A stretch of 64,000 nt of DNA from Actinomycetota bacterium. Lineage in GTDB: Bacteria; Actinomycetota; Actinomycetes; S36-B12. The first letter of the stretch is position 1. Each line of letters opens with the position of its first letter. A program made the position numbers and the translations under genes. This document shows positions 46,685-55,446 of the stretch, in pieces. The notes beneath the pieces are model-generated. The model was not told the DNA's origin. It worked only from the letters and a program-made list of their open reading frames with translations, and did no database searches. The stretch is from contig SYJA01000024.1 in NCBI GenBank assembly GCA_005798555.1, forward strand, positions 28,735 through 92,734. The letters run 5' to 3'.

Positions 46685-47743
46685 TCAGTCCTTGAGCCGA
46701 GCCCGCAACCAACTTCTGATATCCAGTGAGTTGTCTTCCATTGGCCCATACCAACCGCCTCGGAAATAACGTGATGACATCCCGCGCTGGACCGCTTCGC
46801 AGATGCTCCAGTCCTGAAGATTGACTAGATCCCACAGATCCCCGGCATCGGCAGGGTTAAAGGTCGACCTCGCTGCCTCAATGGGTGCAAAGAGTAGTTC
46901 GCAAACGACGCGGGTGCTATTTGCCGAAAGCGGTACGAGTACATAGGAGGCCGCATGCTCGGCCGACAGACTCAGCATTAGGTTCGGGTAGATCAATTCG
47001 CCCTTGTGCCTTACCCGCTCATGCTCATCAAGATCTGGGAATGGAGCGCGATCGGTCGTGCCACTCATCGTGAAAGTCCAAGCGCCCTCGCGGTGCGGGA
47101 CTCCGTCCACCCACGGGATGTCAATCCCCCCACCGCCAAAGGCGGGCACCAGCCGGCAGAGCTCAGGATGTACCGGGCCGCAGTGGTAGCACTCGTTGTA
47201 ATTCTCGGCGATTACTTTCCAATTGGCCTGGACGTCATAGGTGAAGCGCAATCCAACGACGAGTTCGGCCAGCGGATAACGCTTTACCCGCTCGGGGACT
47301 GCGCCGAGTTGCACCAGCAGCGGCTCGCTTGGGGCTTCGGCCAGCCAAAGCCAACCGCCCCATTGCGCAGCCGCCAGCGCCGTCAATGCAAACTCTGCCG
47401 GGTTGACGTCTTCGGTATGCGGTGCGTGCAGGAGTGATCCATCTAAGGCATATGTCCAAGAGTGGTACGGGCACCGGAGTGCCTTCATTTCGCAGGGCGT
47501 ACTGTCAATCGGCAAGATCTGCGAACCGCGATGGCGGCACACGTTGGCGTGTGCGTGCAAGGTGCCGTCATTGGTGACAATGATGGACTCACCGTAGTAA
47601 TCAATCACTGCCGCGCGCCCAGCCTGGGTGAGGCCGAGTTCATCAAGGCGCCCGATACAGGTCCACTGACCGCGCAGCATGTCGCGCTCGCGCAAAAAGG
47701 TCTCCGGGTCCACGTAGTACTCACGCGACAGGGCGGCTTCCAT
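46685..47743 (-). CDS. Rieske [2Fe-2S] non-heme-iron oxygenase, alpha-subunit type (paralog of 21782-23083)
   Basis: CRHRGSQI…CPYHSWTY Rieske motif and an AENYNECYHCGPVHPELC block. 352 aa. Confidence 0.85.
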   Translation of the reverse strand: MEAALSREYYVDPETFLRERDMLRGQWTCIGRLDELGLTQAGRAAVIDYYGESIIVTNDGTLHAHANVCRHRGSQILPIDSTPCEMKALRCPYHSWTYALDGSLLHAPHTEDVNPAEFALTALAAAQWGGWLWLAEAPSEPLLVQLGAVPERVKRYPLAELVVGLRFTYDVQANWKVIAENYNECYHCGPVHPELCRLVPAFGGGGIDIPWVDGVPHREGAWTFTMSGTTDRAPFPDLDEHERVRHKGELIYPNLMLSLSAEHAASYVLVPLSANSTRVVCELLFAPIEAARSTFNPADAGDLWDLVNLQDWSICEAVQRGMSSRYFRGGWYGPMEDNSLDIRSWLRARLKD

Positions 47744-47759
47744 GGGCCAAGTATGCCCG

Positions 47760-49601
47760 CTAGGCCCGCGGAAAGGACCGCTGCCACCGGGGTTCTGCTA
47801 CCAGCTCGGATCCATCGTGCACGGTGATAGCCACCGTGACCTCGTAGGTATCCCCAGTCGTCACAATGTCCAGCACGGATCGGACGGTCGCTGCCACCTC
47901 CGAAAAGCGAAGGCTGAACTCCACATCCGAATGGGCCCGCTGCTCGAAGGTGCGGGTGTCAACACTGACCCACCCGTCATAACGTTCACTTGCCGAACCA
48001 AATGGGGTTTCGTAATCCGATCGGGAGCCCACCACGCACCGCGTTCGGTGGCTCACGACATCTTGCTCGATGCGCCAGGTGACACCCTCACTATCCTCAC
48101 TTGACGAGGGGGCGCCCGGCCGGAATTCAGGTACCGGAAGGCTCGGGTCGCAGTGATAGATCGGCAGGGTGATAGTGGCCGCGCGCAGGGTTAGGGTCCC
48201 GGGGCCAGCCGGCGCAACCACATTGGGCCAATCGGCTCCGGCCACACTCACCCGAAGGGTGCGACCGGCCTGCCACTGCCACGCCGTCGCCTCAAGTTCC
48301 ACATCTACTACCCCGCTTGGGCCAACCAGGAGGGTGCCGCGGGTTACCAGGGTCGAGGTGCCATCGGGTGCCACATCACACAGGCGCACGGCAATGATCG
48401 GATGCGGGCAGGTGGCGGTGACATCGGCACGCAGGTGTGCGTTACCGGCGATCTCTAGTGGCGCGGTAATCGGGATATCCCAGGTAAGTGACGCAGCGTC
48501 ATCGAAGCGCTGATCATCGGGCTGGCCATAAGGCAGGTGGCCCGCGCAGGAAATCCAGGCGGCGATGCCGATATCCGGGCGGACCACATAAGTTGGCTGG
48601 TCGGACAACGCGATTGCGAGTTCACTTGAGCGAGCAGATGGCCAAGTATCAGAGCGCCACTGCCCCGGCACCGTATCGAGAACCGGATCAGGGGCGTGCG
48701 AAAAACGGCAGAACCAAGTATGCGGTAGCTGCCAGGTAGTCGAGCCTTCGCGCAAGTGCTCGTCGAAGAACGCCGCGATCTCGATGATGTGATCGATCCG
48801 CGGGCCCGGAGCACTCGAGGTGGGCGCAGCATGCGCCCACGGGCCAGCCAGCAGTCGGGTCGGTGCACCGATGGCAGCGACAGTACGAAAGGATGTATTG
48901 CGGTAGCCGTCAGCCCAGCCCGCGATGATCATCGTTGGAATGTCAATGCGGTCATAATCCGGGCGGACCGAACCGTGTCGCCAATAAGCATCATCAACTG
49001 GGTGCGAGAGCCACGTGAAAAGCCACGGTTCATTTGATTCAATCCGGCGCACCCACTCCTCGCGCCAGGACTCGCCCCAGACCTCGGGCACCGGTGGCAG
49101 CAGATTCATCGGAGCCATGTAGTGGCAGTAGTCGACAATGTCTAGCCACTTGCGCGCACCGCCCATCTGGTGCACATCGTCGGTGAATCGATCATCGGTT
49201 GCGTAGATAGGCACGATGGCCTTCAGGTGCGCCGGCCGTTCGCAAGCCAACTGGAAGGAATTGAAGCCACCGTAGGAAGTGCCGAACATCCCGATATTGC
49301 CGGTGCACCAGGGCTGGTTGGCCAACCAGGTGATGACCTCGGCTAGATCGCTTTGCTCCACGATCGGGTATTCATCAGTAGCAAACCCGCCGCTACTGCC
49401 AGTGCCCCTTACGTCGACACGCGCCACGGCATACCCAAATTCCCTGGCGAAGCGCTCGTACTCAGGGCGCCAGCCTGAGGTCATGTCATCCTTGCGATAT
49501 GGCAGAGCTTCAAGAATACAAGGTGCCGGCTGTTTCGCAGGTAAGAAAAGAGTGACCGATAGACAAACACCATCACGCATAGTGACGTAATCGCGAATCA
49601 A
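47760..49601 (-). CDS. CocE/NonD-family (X-Pro dipeptidyl-peptidase S15-like) hydrolase
   Basis: 613 aa. MRDGVCLSVTLFLP… N-terminus, GTSYGG nucleophile elbow, and a C-terminal beta-sandwich. TTG start with AGGAGA 6 nt upstream. Confidence 0.85.
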   Translation of the reverse strand: MIRDYVTMRDGVCLSVTLFLPAKQPAPCILEALPYRKDDMTSGWRPEYERFAREFGYAVARVDVRGTGSSGGFATDEYPIVEQSDLAEVITWLANQPWCTGNIGMFGTSYGGFNSFQLACERPAHLKAIVPIYATDDRFTDDVHQMGGARKWLDIVDYCHYMAPMNLLPPVPEVWGESWREEWVRRIESNEPWLFTWLSHPVDDAYWRHGSVRPDYDRIDIPTMIIAGWADGYRNTSFRTVAAIGAPTRLLAGPWAHAAPTSSAPGPRIDHIIEIAAFFDEHLREGSTTWQLPHTWFCRFSHAPDPVLDTVPGQWRSDTWPSARSSELAIALSDQPTYVVRPDIGIAAWISCAGHLPYGQPDDQRFDDAASLTWDIPITAPLEIAGNAHLRADVTATCPHPIIAVRLCDVAPDGTSTLVTRGTLLVGPSGVVDVELEATAWQWQAGRTLRVSVAGADWPNVVAPAGPGTLTLRAATITLPIYHCDPSLPVPEFRPGAPSSSEDSEGVTWRIEQDVVSHRTRCVVGSRSDYETPFGSASERYDGWVSVDTRTFEQRAHSDVEFSLRFSEVAATVRSVLDIVTTGDTYEVTVAITVHDGSELVAEPRWQRSFPRA

Positions 49602-49643
49602 GGCCCATCTCCTAAGTACGTTGCGAGTTCACAAACAGTTCAT

Positions 49644-49946
49644 CTAACTCAATGGCCGCAGGATAATTCTGTTTGACATAACCCTCCCATCCACGGACTT
49701 GAAGTAGATATACATCTTGCGGGGAGTCTTTCGGCGCCAGGTGAAATTGCCCGAGGAGTCAACAATGACTAACAAGGAGCCCTCGAGGTACTCGGTTTGC
49801 CCCGGGAACCTCACCCACGGCTTGACAATGGAACCTTCGGTAAATCCGACAGTGGAGCCCTTAACTAGCAGCCCTTCCCCTACTCGCTCACCCTCGATTA
49901 CGATAGTGCCCTTACCACTGTATCTGCGGGTACCGATGTAATCTGC
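49644..49946 (-). other. 100-codon open frame with no start codon, a likely out-of-frame C-terminal domain of the upstream secreted hydrolase
   Basis: Translation: ADYIGTRRYSGKGTIVIEGERVGEGLLVKGSTVGFTEGSIVKPWVRFPGQTEYLEGSLLVIVDSSGNFTWRRKTPRKMYIYFKSVDGRVMSNRIILRPLS*. It opens 35 nt before the 827-aa ORF stops, and the first canonical start is far inside it. Confidence 0.5.
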
Positions 49947-52395
49947 TTACCGCCGCCGTAGCCTTTAAGCCCGCTTGTCCAGTATCTGGAATTGCGACGA
50001 TGGCACCGGCGCCGACACCAACCACGGTTACGTTGACGACCAATTGGCCGGCCGAGTTGGTACGGCCATTCGTGATGGTATTGCCACCGACGAAGCGCGC
50101 GGTGCCGGTCGCCGAGACCCGAACTTCTTGATCGAAGATCGGCTTATCGTTGGCATCGAGCACGGTGATTGTCAGTGGGCTAGTTGCATCAGCGCCCAAG
50201 AGCAAAGCATTGGGTGTAATCGTTATTTTCGCGGGCACACTCGCCGCTGCAGTCGGTGGGCCAGATATGCGAACCGGACTGTAGCTAAGTGGTGCAGTCC
50301 CCGACAGGATGCCGGCGCAGTCAGCACCCCTCAAGGTTTGGCAGATCGAACCTAGTGCACCGAAGTATCCGGATCCTGAGGTCAAGGCTTTGGGGCTGCT
50401 GATGTCGCCGTACCAAACCAGGGAGAAGTTGTCGGCACCCCTTGAGAACTGGCACACAACCAGTTCGGTTTGCGGTGAAGCGCATTTCTGCAGTTGCGCA
50501 CCGATGAGCCAATCGTAGGTGGCACGCCAAGCCTGCTGTTCCTCAACGGCGCTCGGGGTTAGCTGAATGCCGAATACGCCGTCGGCCCTCTTGGTCCATG
50601 CGTACCAGAACGTTGACCCAAAGCCATATCGCACCGAATCAATGTAGGTTCGCGAAATGAGGGCCATTGACTTGTCACCCCAAAGATCGACCTTGCCTTC
50701 ACCGAGGCCAGCCAGACCGTAGTTCACTTCTGAGTCAAAGACCGTGGTGAATGGTGCTCCCGCCAGTGCCAGCATCGTGCGGAACTGACCAATACCCTTG
50801 ATGCGATCATCAGCCCCACCCGAGGCGGTCGGGTACGAGTGCACTGAATAGGCATCGGCTGGCCAATTTCGCTTCTTTAATTCAGCTAGATACTCCGGGA
50901 AGAAAGTCCCGAAGGACCCGGTCGCTCGCGAGGTGGTGTTGGCTGCTACCACGAGTGCACTCGGGTTGCACTTACGTATCTCCTCGAAGGCGGCAAGGGT
51001 GAGATCGGCCATCTGTGCCGGGGTACCGCCATAGAACGTGGGTAGATTCGCCTCGTTCCATACTTCATAAGCGGTGATCGAAGGCCCGTACCTGCACGAG
51101 ACTTCGCGCACGTAACTGCGCCAGTCAGCGATGTTCGTCGGGTTGTCGGTGACACCCCCGCTGCCGGCCCAGGCCGGGGTACCGCCAAGCACCATCATCA
51201 CTTTGGCGTTCAATACCTGCGCCGTCTCGATCTGCTTTTGAAGTTTGCGCCAGACGAAAGTGCCCTTGGTGGGCTCAAGATCTCGCCACTTGGTTTCGGT
51301 ATCCCACAGGCGCACATAGCCAACGGGCACACTCGGGATGGTGGCCGGATCGGTTGGCCCTTCGGTGCCGCTGGCAACATCGCTGAACCAATCGGCTGGT
51401 GCGTGGATACCGAATAAATCACGACCCACGGCCGGACTAGTTGGCGCGCTGTATGAAGTTAGGATCATTGGGCTGGCCACTGCAACTTCAGATGCAATTT
51501 GCGGAACAGCGACCACGTCATATTGGGCTGCTTCATTCGGGACGGAGTAGCTATTCGAACAGATTGCCTGCACCGGTGATGGCTCGCTCGCGCAGGACGA
51601 AATCGTGACTTGAAAGTTAGCGAATACCGCTGGCGACAAACTCAGCCCCCACGATTTGGCATTCAATAAGGTGGCAACCGTCCACGACTCGAAGAAGGTC
51701 GGGTACTTGCGCTTCAGGGCCGCAAGTTCGACGGTGTTCAGGTCAGGGTTTGCAACAACCTGATTGATTTTCCTATTCGCGATCAAGCCGAGGCGCGACA
51801 ACAATTGAATGTATGAGATCATCCGACGGAAGTGGTCTTGTGTTGCACCAATTGTGGCGGGCTTCGATCTCGCCTTCTTGCTTGTTCCGACGGTGACCAC
51901 CGAGGTCGTGTATGCCGCGCGCTGAGCCGGCGTCCAAAGGTAGGCGCCCTGCCCGTACACATAAAGGTCGGGCAGTATCTTCCCGAGTTTGACCTTAGCC
52001 GCTTGATTGGTGGTACTCGCCCCGAAATCAAGTGACCATGTACCGCCGCTGAGTTTGCACCCAGCCCCGACCCGCGGCTTCTTCGTGGCAAGTTTGATGA
52101 GCATCTGGTTGCGCAGGGTGCACCCGCGCTTGTCCTTGGTCTTGGCGGTCAAGGACGGAAACAGCCCCGGCTTGAAGCCGACACGTAGTGGTGAAACCGC
52201 GGGAATCGTCGCCAAGATCGCGGCCGGGGTGCCGGTGGCCGCCGTCGTAGCGCTGGCCACCGCGCGCGTTGTTGAACCTGGTGCGCCAGCGGGGGGGGCA
52301 GCGGGCGCCATCGGCTGCGCTGCGGCCTGGGCTGCCGGGGCCAGCGGAGCCGTGAGACAAAGCCCCAGCACTAAGACGACCAGTTGTTTGCGCAT
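49912..52395 (-). CDS. Large secreted multidomain glycoside hydrolase (clan GH-A TIM barrel) with Ig-like domain
   Basis: Signal peptide followed by an Ala/Pro tract. Cys-containing N-domain. TIM-barrel block …LWDTETKWRDLEPTKGTFVW…YEVWNEAN (NE acid/base). C-terminal Big-like domain (ITITPNALLLGADATSPLTITVLDANDKPI…). It is probably 3'-truncated by a frameshift. Confidence 0.65.
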   Translation of the reverse strand: MRKQLVVLVLGLCLTAPLAPAAQAAAQPMAPAAPPAGAPGSTTRAVASATTAATGTPAAILATIPAVSPLRVGFKPGLFPSLTAKTKDKRGCTLRNQMLIKLATKKPRVGAGCKLSGGTWSLDFGASTTNQAAKVKLGKILPDLYVYGQGAYLWTPAQRAAYTTSVVTVGTSKKARSKPATIGATQDHFRRMISYIQLLSRLGLIANRKINQVVANPDLNTVELAALKRKYPTFFESWTVATLLNAKSWGLSLSPAVFANFQVTISSCASEPSPVQAICSNSYSVPNEAAQYDVVAVPQIASEVAVASPMILTSYSAPTSPAVGRDLFGIHAPADWFSDVASGTEGPTDPATIPSVPVGYVRLWDTETKWRDLEPTKGTFVWRKLQKQIETAQVLNAKVMMVLGGTPAWAGSGGVTDNPTNIADWRSYVREVSCRYGPSITAYEVWNEANLPTFYGGTPAQMADLTLAAFEEIRKCNPSALVVAANTTSRATGSFGTFFPEYLAELKKRNWPADAYSVHSYPTASGGADDRIKGIGQFRTMLALAGAPFTTVFDSEVNYGLAGLGEGKVDLWGDKSMALISRTYIDSVRYGFGSTFWYAWTKRADGVFGIQLTPSAVEEQQAWRATYDWLIGAQLQKCASPQTELVVCQFSRGADNFSLVWYGDISSPKALTSGSGYFGALGSICQTLRGADCAGILSGTAPLSYSPVRISGPPTAAASVPAKITITPNALLLGADATSPLTITVLDANDKPIFDQEVRVSATGTARFVGGNTITNGRTNSAGQLVVNVTVVGVGAGAIVAIPDTGQAGLKATAAVSRLHRYPQIQW

Positions 52396-52446
52396 ACCCG
52401 CACCCTAACCTACCCAATGTCGGCCAAGCGGCTTCGGGTCAAAAAT

Positions 52447-52888
52447 ATGGAAACCAGCGAATCGGTGGTGAGCTACCTTTCCTTTATGGCGGCCGCACCG
52501 AGTGGCGATGGGTTCTCATTTTGGCATGGCATATCAATGCGGACGGCAACCAGAGTGTGGGCCTACATCGGACTCAACAGTTGGCGGACCCGCCGGTCAG
52601 ATAGTCGTCATGCACCGAGAGCTTGTCGAGCGATGCCGGTGGTTCAGCCAGCAGCGGTTCTTGCATGCCCTGAACTTCTGCATGATCTTGCCGGGCCCCG
52701 AGGCCCAGCAACTGGCCACCTATCTGGGCTGGCTGATGCACGGCACTCGTAGCGGGGTTATCGCCGGCTCACTTTTTGTCATCCCTAGCTTTTTCGCGAT
52801 GCTCTTCCTCGCCGCCGCCTACGCAATCTTCGACGACATTGCCAGGGCAGAGGGCTCATTGTTCGGCCTACAGGCTGCTGCTACCTGA
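52447..52888 (+). pseudogene. chrA: Chromate transporter remnant (frameshifted and 3'-truncated)
   Basis: …RVWAYIGLNS in one frame, then GGPAGQIVVMHRELVERCRWFSQQRFLHALNFCMILPGPEAQQLATYLGWLMHGTRSG… in another, with the switch near 52576-52587. Only about 150 of the roughly 400 expected codons remain. Confidence 0.7.
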
Positions 52889-53458
52889 GCGAGCCGCACA
52901 CCTTGGGAAAATACCGCCTGAATGTGCGATGTATCGGAAGTATTGCGGCTCGACGCAAAGCGAGAGGCGCCATAAGGGTTTTCGCTGACCTTGCGAACAT
53001 GGTCATTGGGATATCCGAGCGGCATGATCAAAGTTCCCCAATGAAAGAAATGATTATTAATTGCAAGGATGGTGGACTCGAGGCCACCATGCTGGGTCGA
53101 TACGCTGGTAAAAGGCGTCGCAACTTAATTGGCTAAGGCTCCTTGCGCCCACAGCCCCCCGGTGGTGTCCAAGAAGGCTTTGAGCCGGCTTGCTGGTCCG
53201 CCAAATCTGGTGGGTGAGCCTAGGGCGATGCCATCTGCCCACTCCAGATCGGTCAAGCTCGCAAATTCATCGGAGGCGGTATCAACAAATTTCTGCCAAG
53301 CCGCATTACTCGTGATTGCGTCCGCAGGTGCAGGCTCGTGGACACGCAATACCTTGGTTTCGACACCTAGGCTCTCCGCACCTTCCGAAAGGTTATGTGC
53401 AAGGCTTGCGACGTTCCCGGTAGCGGAATAATAGCTTATCGCGATACTTGGCCTTCAA
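52819..53458 (-). pseudogene. wrbA: NAD(P)H:quinone oxidoreductase (flavodoxin-like WrbA) with in-frame TAA and a disturbed 5' end
   Basis: ISYYSATGNVASLAHNLSEGAE…[43 protein letters not shown](53125-53127)-VATPFTSVSTQHGGLESTILAINNHFFHWGTLIMPLGYP…NPYGAS, all in one frame. The N-terminus needs a 1-nt correction near 53446 to reach TTG 53458. Confidence 0.75.
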
Positions 53459-53737
53459 GCCAAGCATGTTTCCCTTCAGTGTTTGGGCAGGGCTTTCGCC
53501 GTATTTTGCTCGATAAAGTTGAGCAGTTCGATTAAGATGCGTAAATCCGACTCTGTAGGTGAGGGTGGCAACCATGCACTGATCCGCGACGGTCAGTGAC
53601 TCACTGGGTTCAGTCGCTGCCAGATCTTCGGTCGCCAAGATCAAAGCGTTGAGGAGGCTGTCTTGCATGACGTCCAAGAACTTATGAGCTACTTGAATTG
53701 GTTTTTTCGGGGGCATGGTTGATGCATATTCCCCCAC
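53393..53737 (-). CDS. Short ORF carrying only the second AraC-type HTH, possibly a regulator fragment
   Basis: 114 aa. …SLTVADQCMVATLTYRVGFTHLNRTAQLYRAKYGESPAQ resembles the C-terminal HTH of AraC/XylS regulators. There is no ligand domain, and its 3' end overlaps the wrbA 5' region. Confidence 0.3.
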   Translation of the reverse strand: MGEYASTMPPKKPIQVAHKFLDVMQDSLLNALILATEDLAATEPSESLTVADQCMVATLTYRVGFTHLNRTAQLYRAKYGESPAQTLKGNMLGLKAKYRDKLLFRYRERRKPCT

Positions 53738-54345
53738 AAACTGCGGCAGGTGTGCATTAGATACTGCGTACCGCTTTTGGAAACATTGCCGTAGTTAGTT
53801 GTTGATTTGACGCCGTCACCCCACACCTTTTACGTTGCCTTTGCAAGTTTTCTGGGTCGCTTGCAATTACGAATGCATCTTTCAATGGGTCAGGATGCAT
53901 GACAGTGTTATTGGTGAATGAAAGCAAGAAGCCTCAAGTTAGGTATGACGGTTTGGCGTGATAGTCGTGGCTGACCCCACAGGTCCTAATGGAATCGTGG
54001 CGATCACCCGATCACCTGTTGGCGGCGCCTCAACGATGACGTCACCGCCGTATCGGACGAATACGAAACGCGAGGAAGGCATCTTGATCATTGCAACCTT
54101 GCCCCTTAACGAGGCTTCCTTGGTCAGGACCACGTGGGGAGTTGTTCGTTCGGCTACTTCGTCACAGAGGACTTGAGTACTGGTGCTTGTCAAGTAAAAA
54201 TTCGGAGGCGTTGGTTGAGCGGGTGATTTCGTACTGCCGGATAACACCACCGAAGACCTCCCCGCCGCACCCTGAGGATTTTGACGACACACTAGGCACT
54301 GGCAGCGAAGAAGGGCTTCAATTTAGCGGTTTTGCCGCAATCGCC

Positions 54346-55446
54346 TTACCTCGGCAGTCGAACACCCTTGGCTTCGAGTCGCGGGATTACCTCTTCGGCA
54401 AAATACGGCAATTCCCCGGCGTAATCGAAGAAGGACAGTGTCATCCCGCCAAATCCGGCTTTCGAGAACCTCTCGATCTCATCAGCCACCTGGTCAGGGG
54501 AGCCAATGATTGGGCAGGACCCATGTCCGCCAGCAAATCGCTCCCGGAACATGGACAACATCTCCGGGGTGAATGACTGAGCATGCATGCCTTGAAGGGT
54601 CATCAGGTTGTCTACCGCACCCCAGTCCGCGTTTTCCTCCGCGTAGTAGTGCAGGAAATCCTTGGCCTCTTCTTCCGTAGGGCGTACGACGCAATATCCA
54701 AGGGTGAACACTCCCGCATCACGGTGGTATTCGTCTTTGGCCTGCGTGGTCACAGTTTTCACGACTTCAGCGCCATCGTCCGGCCCACCAACAATTGTGA
54801 AAACGAAATTGGCATTGCGGGCGGCAAACTCCCGACCCTGCGCGGATGATCCGGCATTGAGAATCGGAATCATTCCGTCAAAGGGCTTGGGCAAGCCTTC
54901 AACATGTTCCAACTGGAAGAACTTGCCGTCCCAGTCGAAGATGCCCTCGGTCGTCCAAATCTTCTCGACGATGTCAAACCACTCCTGCGCGTAGGCGTAT
55001 CGATCATCGTGATCCTGCGGTAGTTCTATTCCAAACGTGTCATACTCGGGTTTATTCCAACCCGCCACGACATTTAGGCCCGCTCGACCCTTGCCCACTT
55101 GGTCAACTGTCGCCATTTGCTTTGCGACAACGATTGGGTGGTTGTAGGCGGTGTGAATCGTTGCAAAAACTGATAGCCGCTTGGTGTTGGCAAGAATGCT
55201 GGCGGCCCAAACCGTTGGGTCCAACACCGAGCCGTGAAAGTTAGTCTCACCGCCGTAGCCGATCCAGCGGGCGATCGGCAGCAGGAAATCAATCCCGACT
55301 TCGTCGGCAATCTTGGCTAACCGCAGATTGTCATCCCAACTCGCGCTCCAGCGATCAGGAGCCTTCGAGACGGCCATACCCCCGGAACAGTTGGCCGAGA
55401 AGAGGCCTAACTTGAAATCTTTACCGTCAAGCAGTGGCTTAACCAT
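54346..55446 (-). CDS. LLM-class (luciferase-like, RutA/SfnG-like) flavin-dependent monooxygenase
   Basis: Start set at ATG 55446, preceded by AGGAGAA. KLGLFSANCSGG…, …GRAGLNVVAGWNKPEYDTFG…. About 366 aa. Confidence 0.85.
   Translation of the reverse strand: MVKPLLDGKDFKLGLFSANCSGGMAVSKAPDRWSASWDDNLRLAKIADEVGIDFLLPIARWIGYGGETNFHGSVLDPTVWAASILANTKRLSVFATIHTAYNHPIVVAKQMATVDQVGKGRAGLNVVAGWNKPEYDTFGIELPQDHDDRYAYAQEWFDIVEKIWTTEGIFDWDGKFFQLEHVEGLPKPFDGMIPILNAGSSAQGREFAARNANFVFTIVGGPDDGAEVVKTVTTQAKDEYHRDAGVFTLGYCVVRPTEEEAKDFLHYYAEENADWGAVDNLMTLQGMHAQSFTPEMLSMFRERFAGGHGSCPIIGSPDQVADEIERFSKAGFGGMTLSFFDYAGELPYFAEEVIPRLEAKGVRLPR

Noticed and set aside
49717-49941. 74-aa + strand ORF in the gap between the hydrolase genes.
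   Set aside because: It is the antisense shadow of the protein-like minus-strand frame at 49644-49946, and its own translation is Pro/Ser/Thr-rich with no recognisable features.
53939-54292. 117-aa minus-strand ORF between the AraC-like fragment and the LLM gene.
   Set aside because: It has no motif, no SD at the annotated start, and an atypical low-complexity N-terminal half. It lies in the decaying AT-richer patch. It may be a relic, but I cannot support a call.
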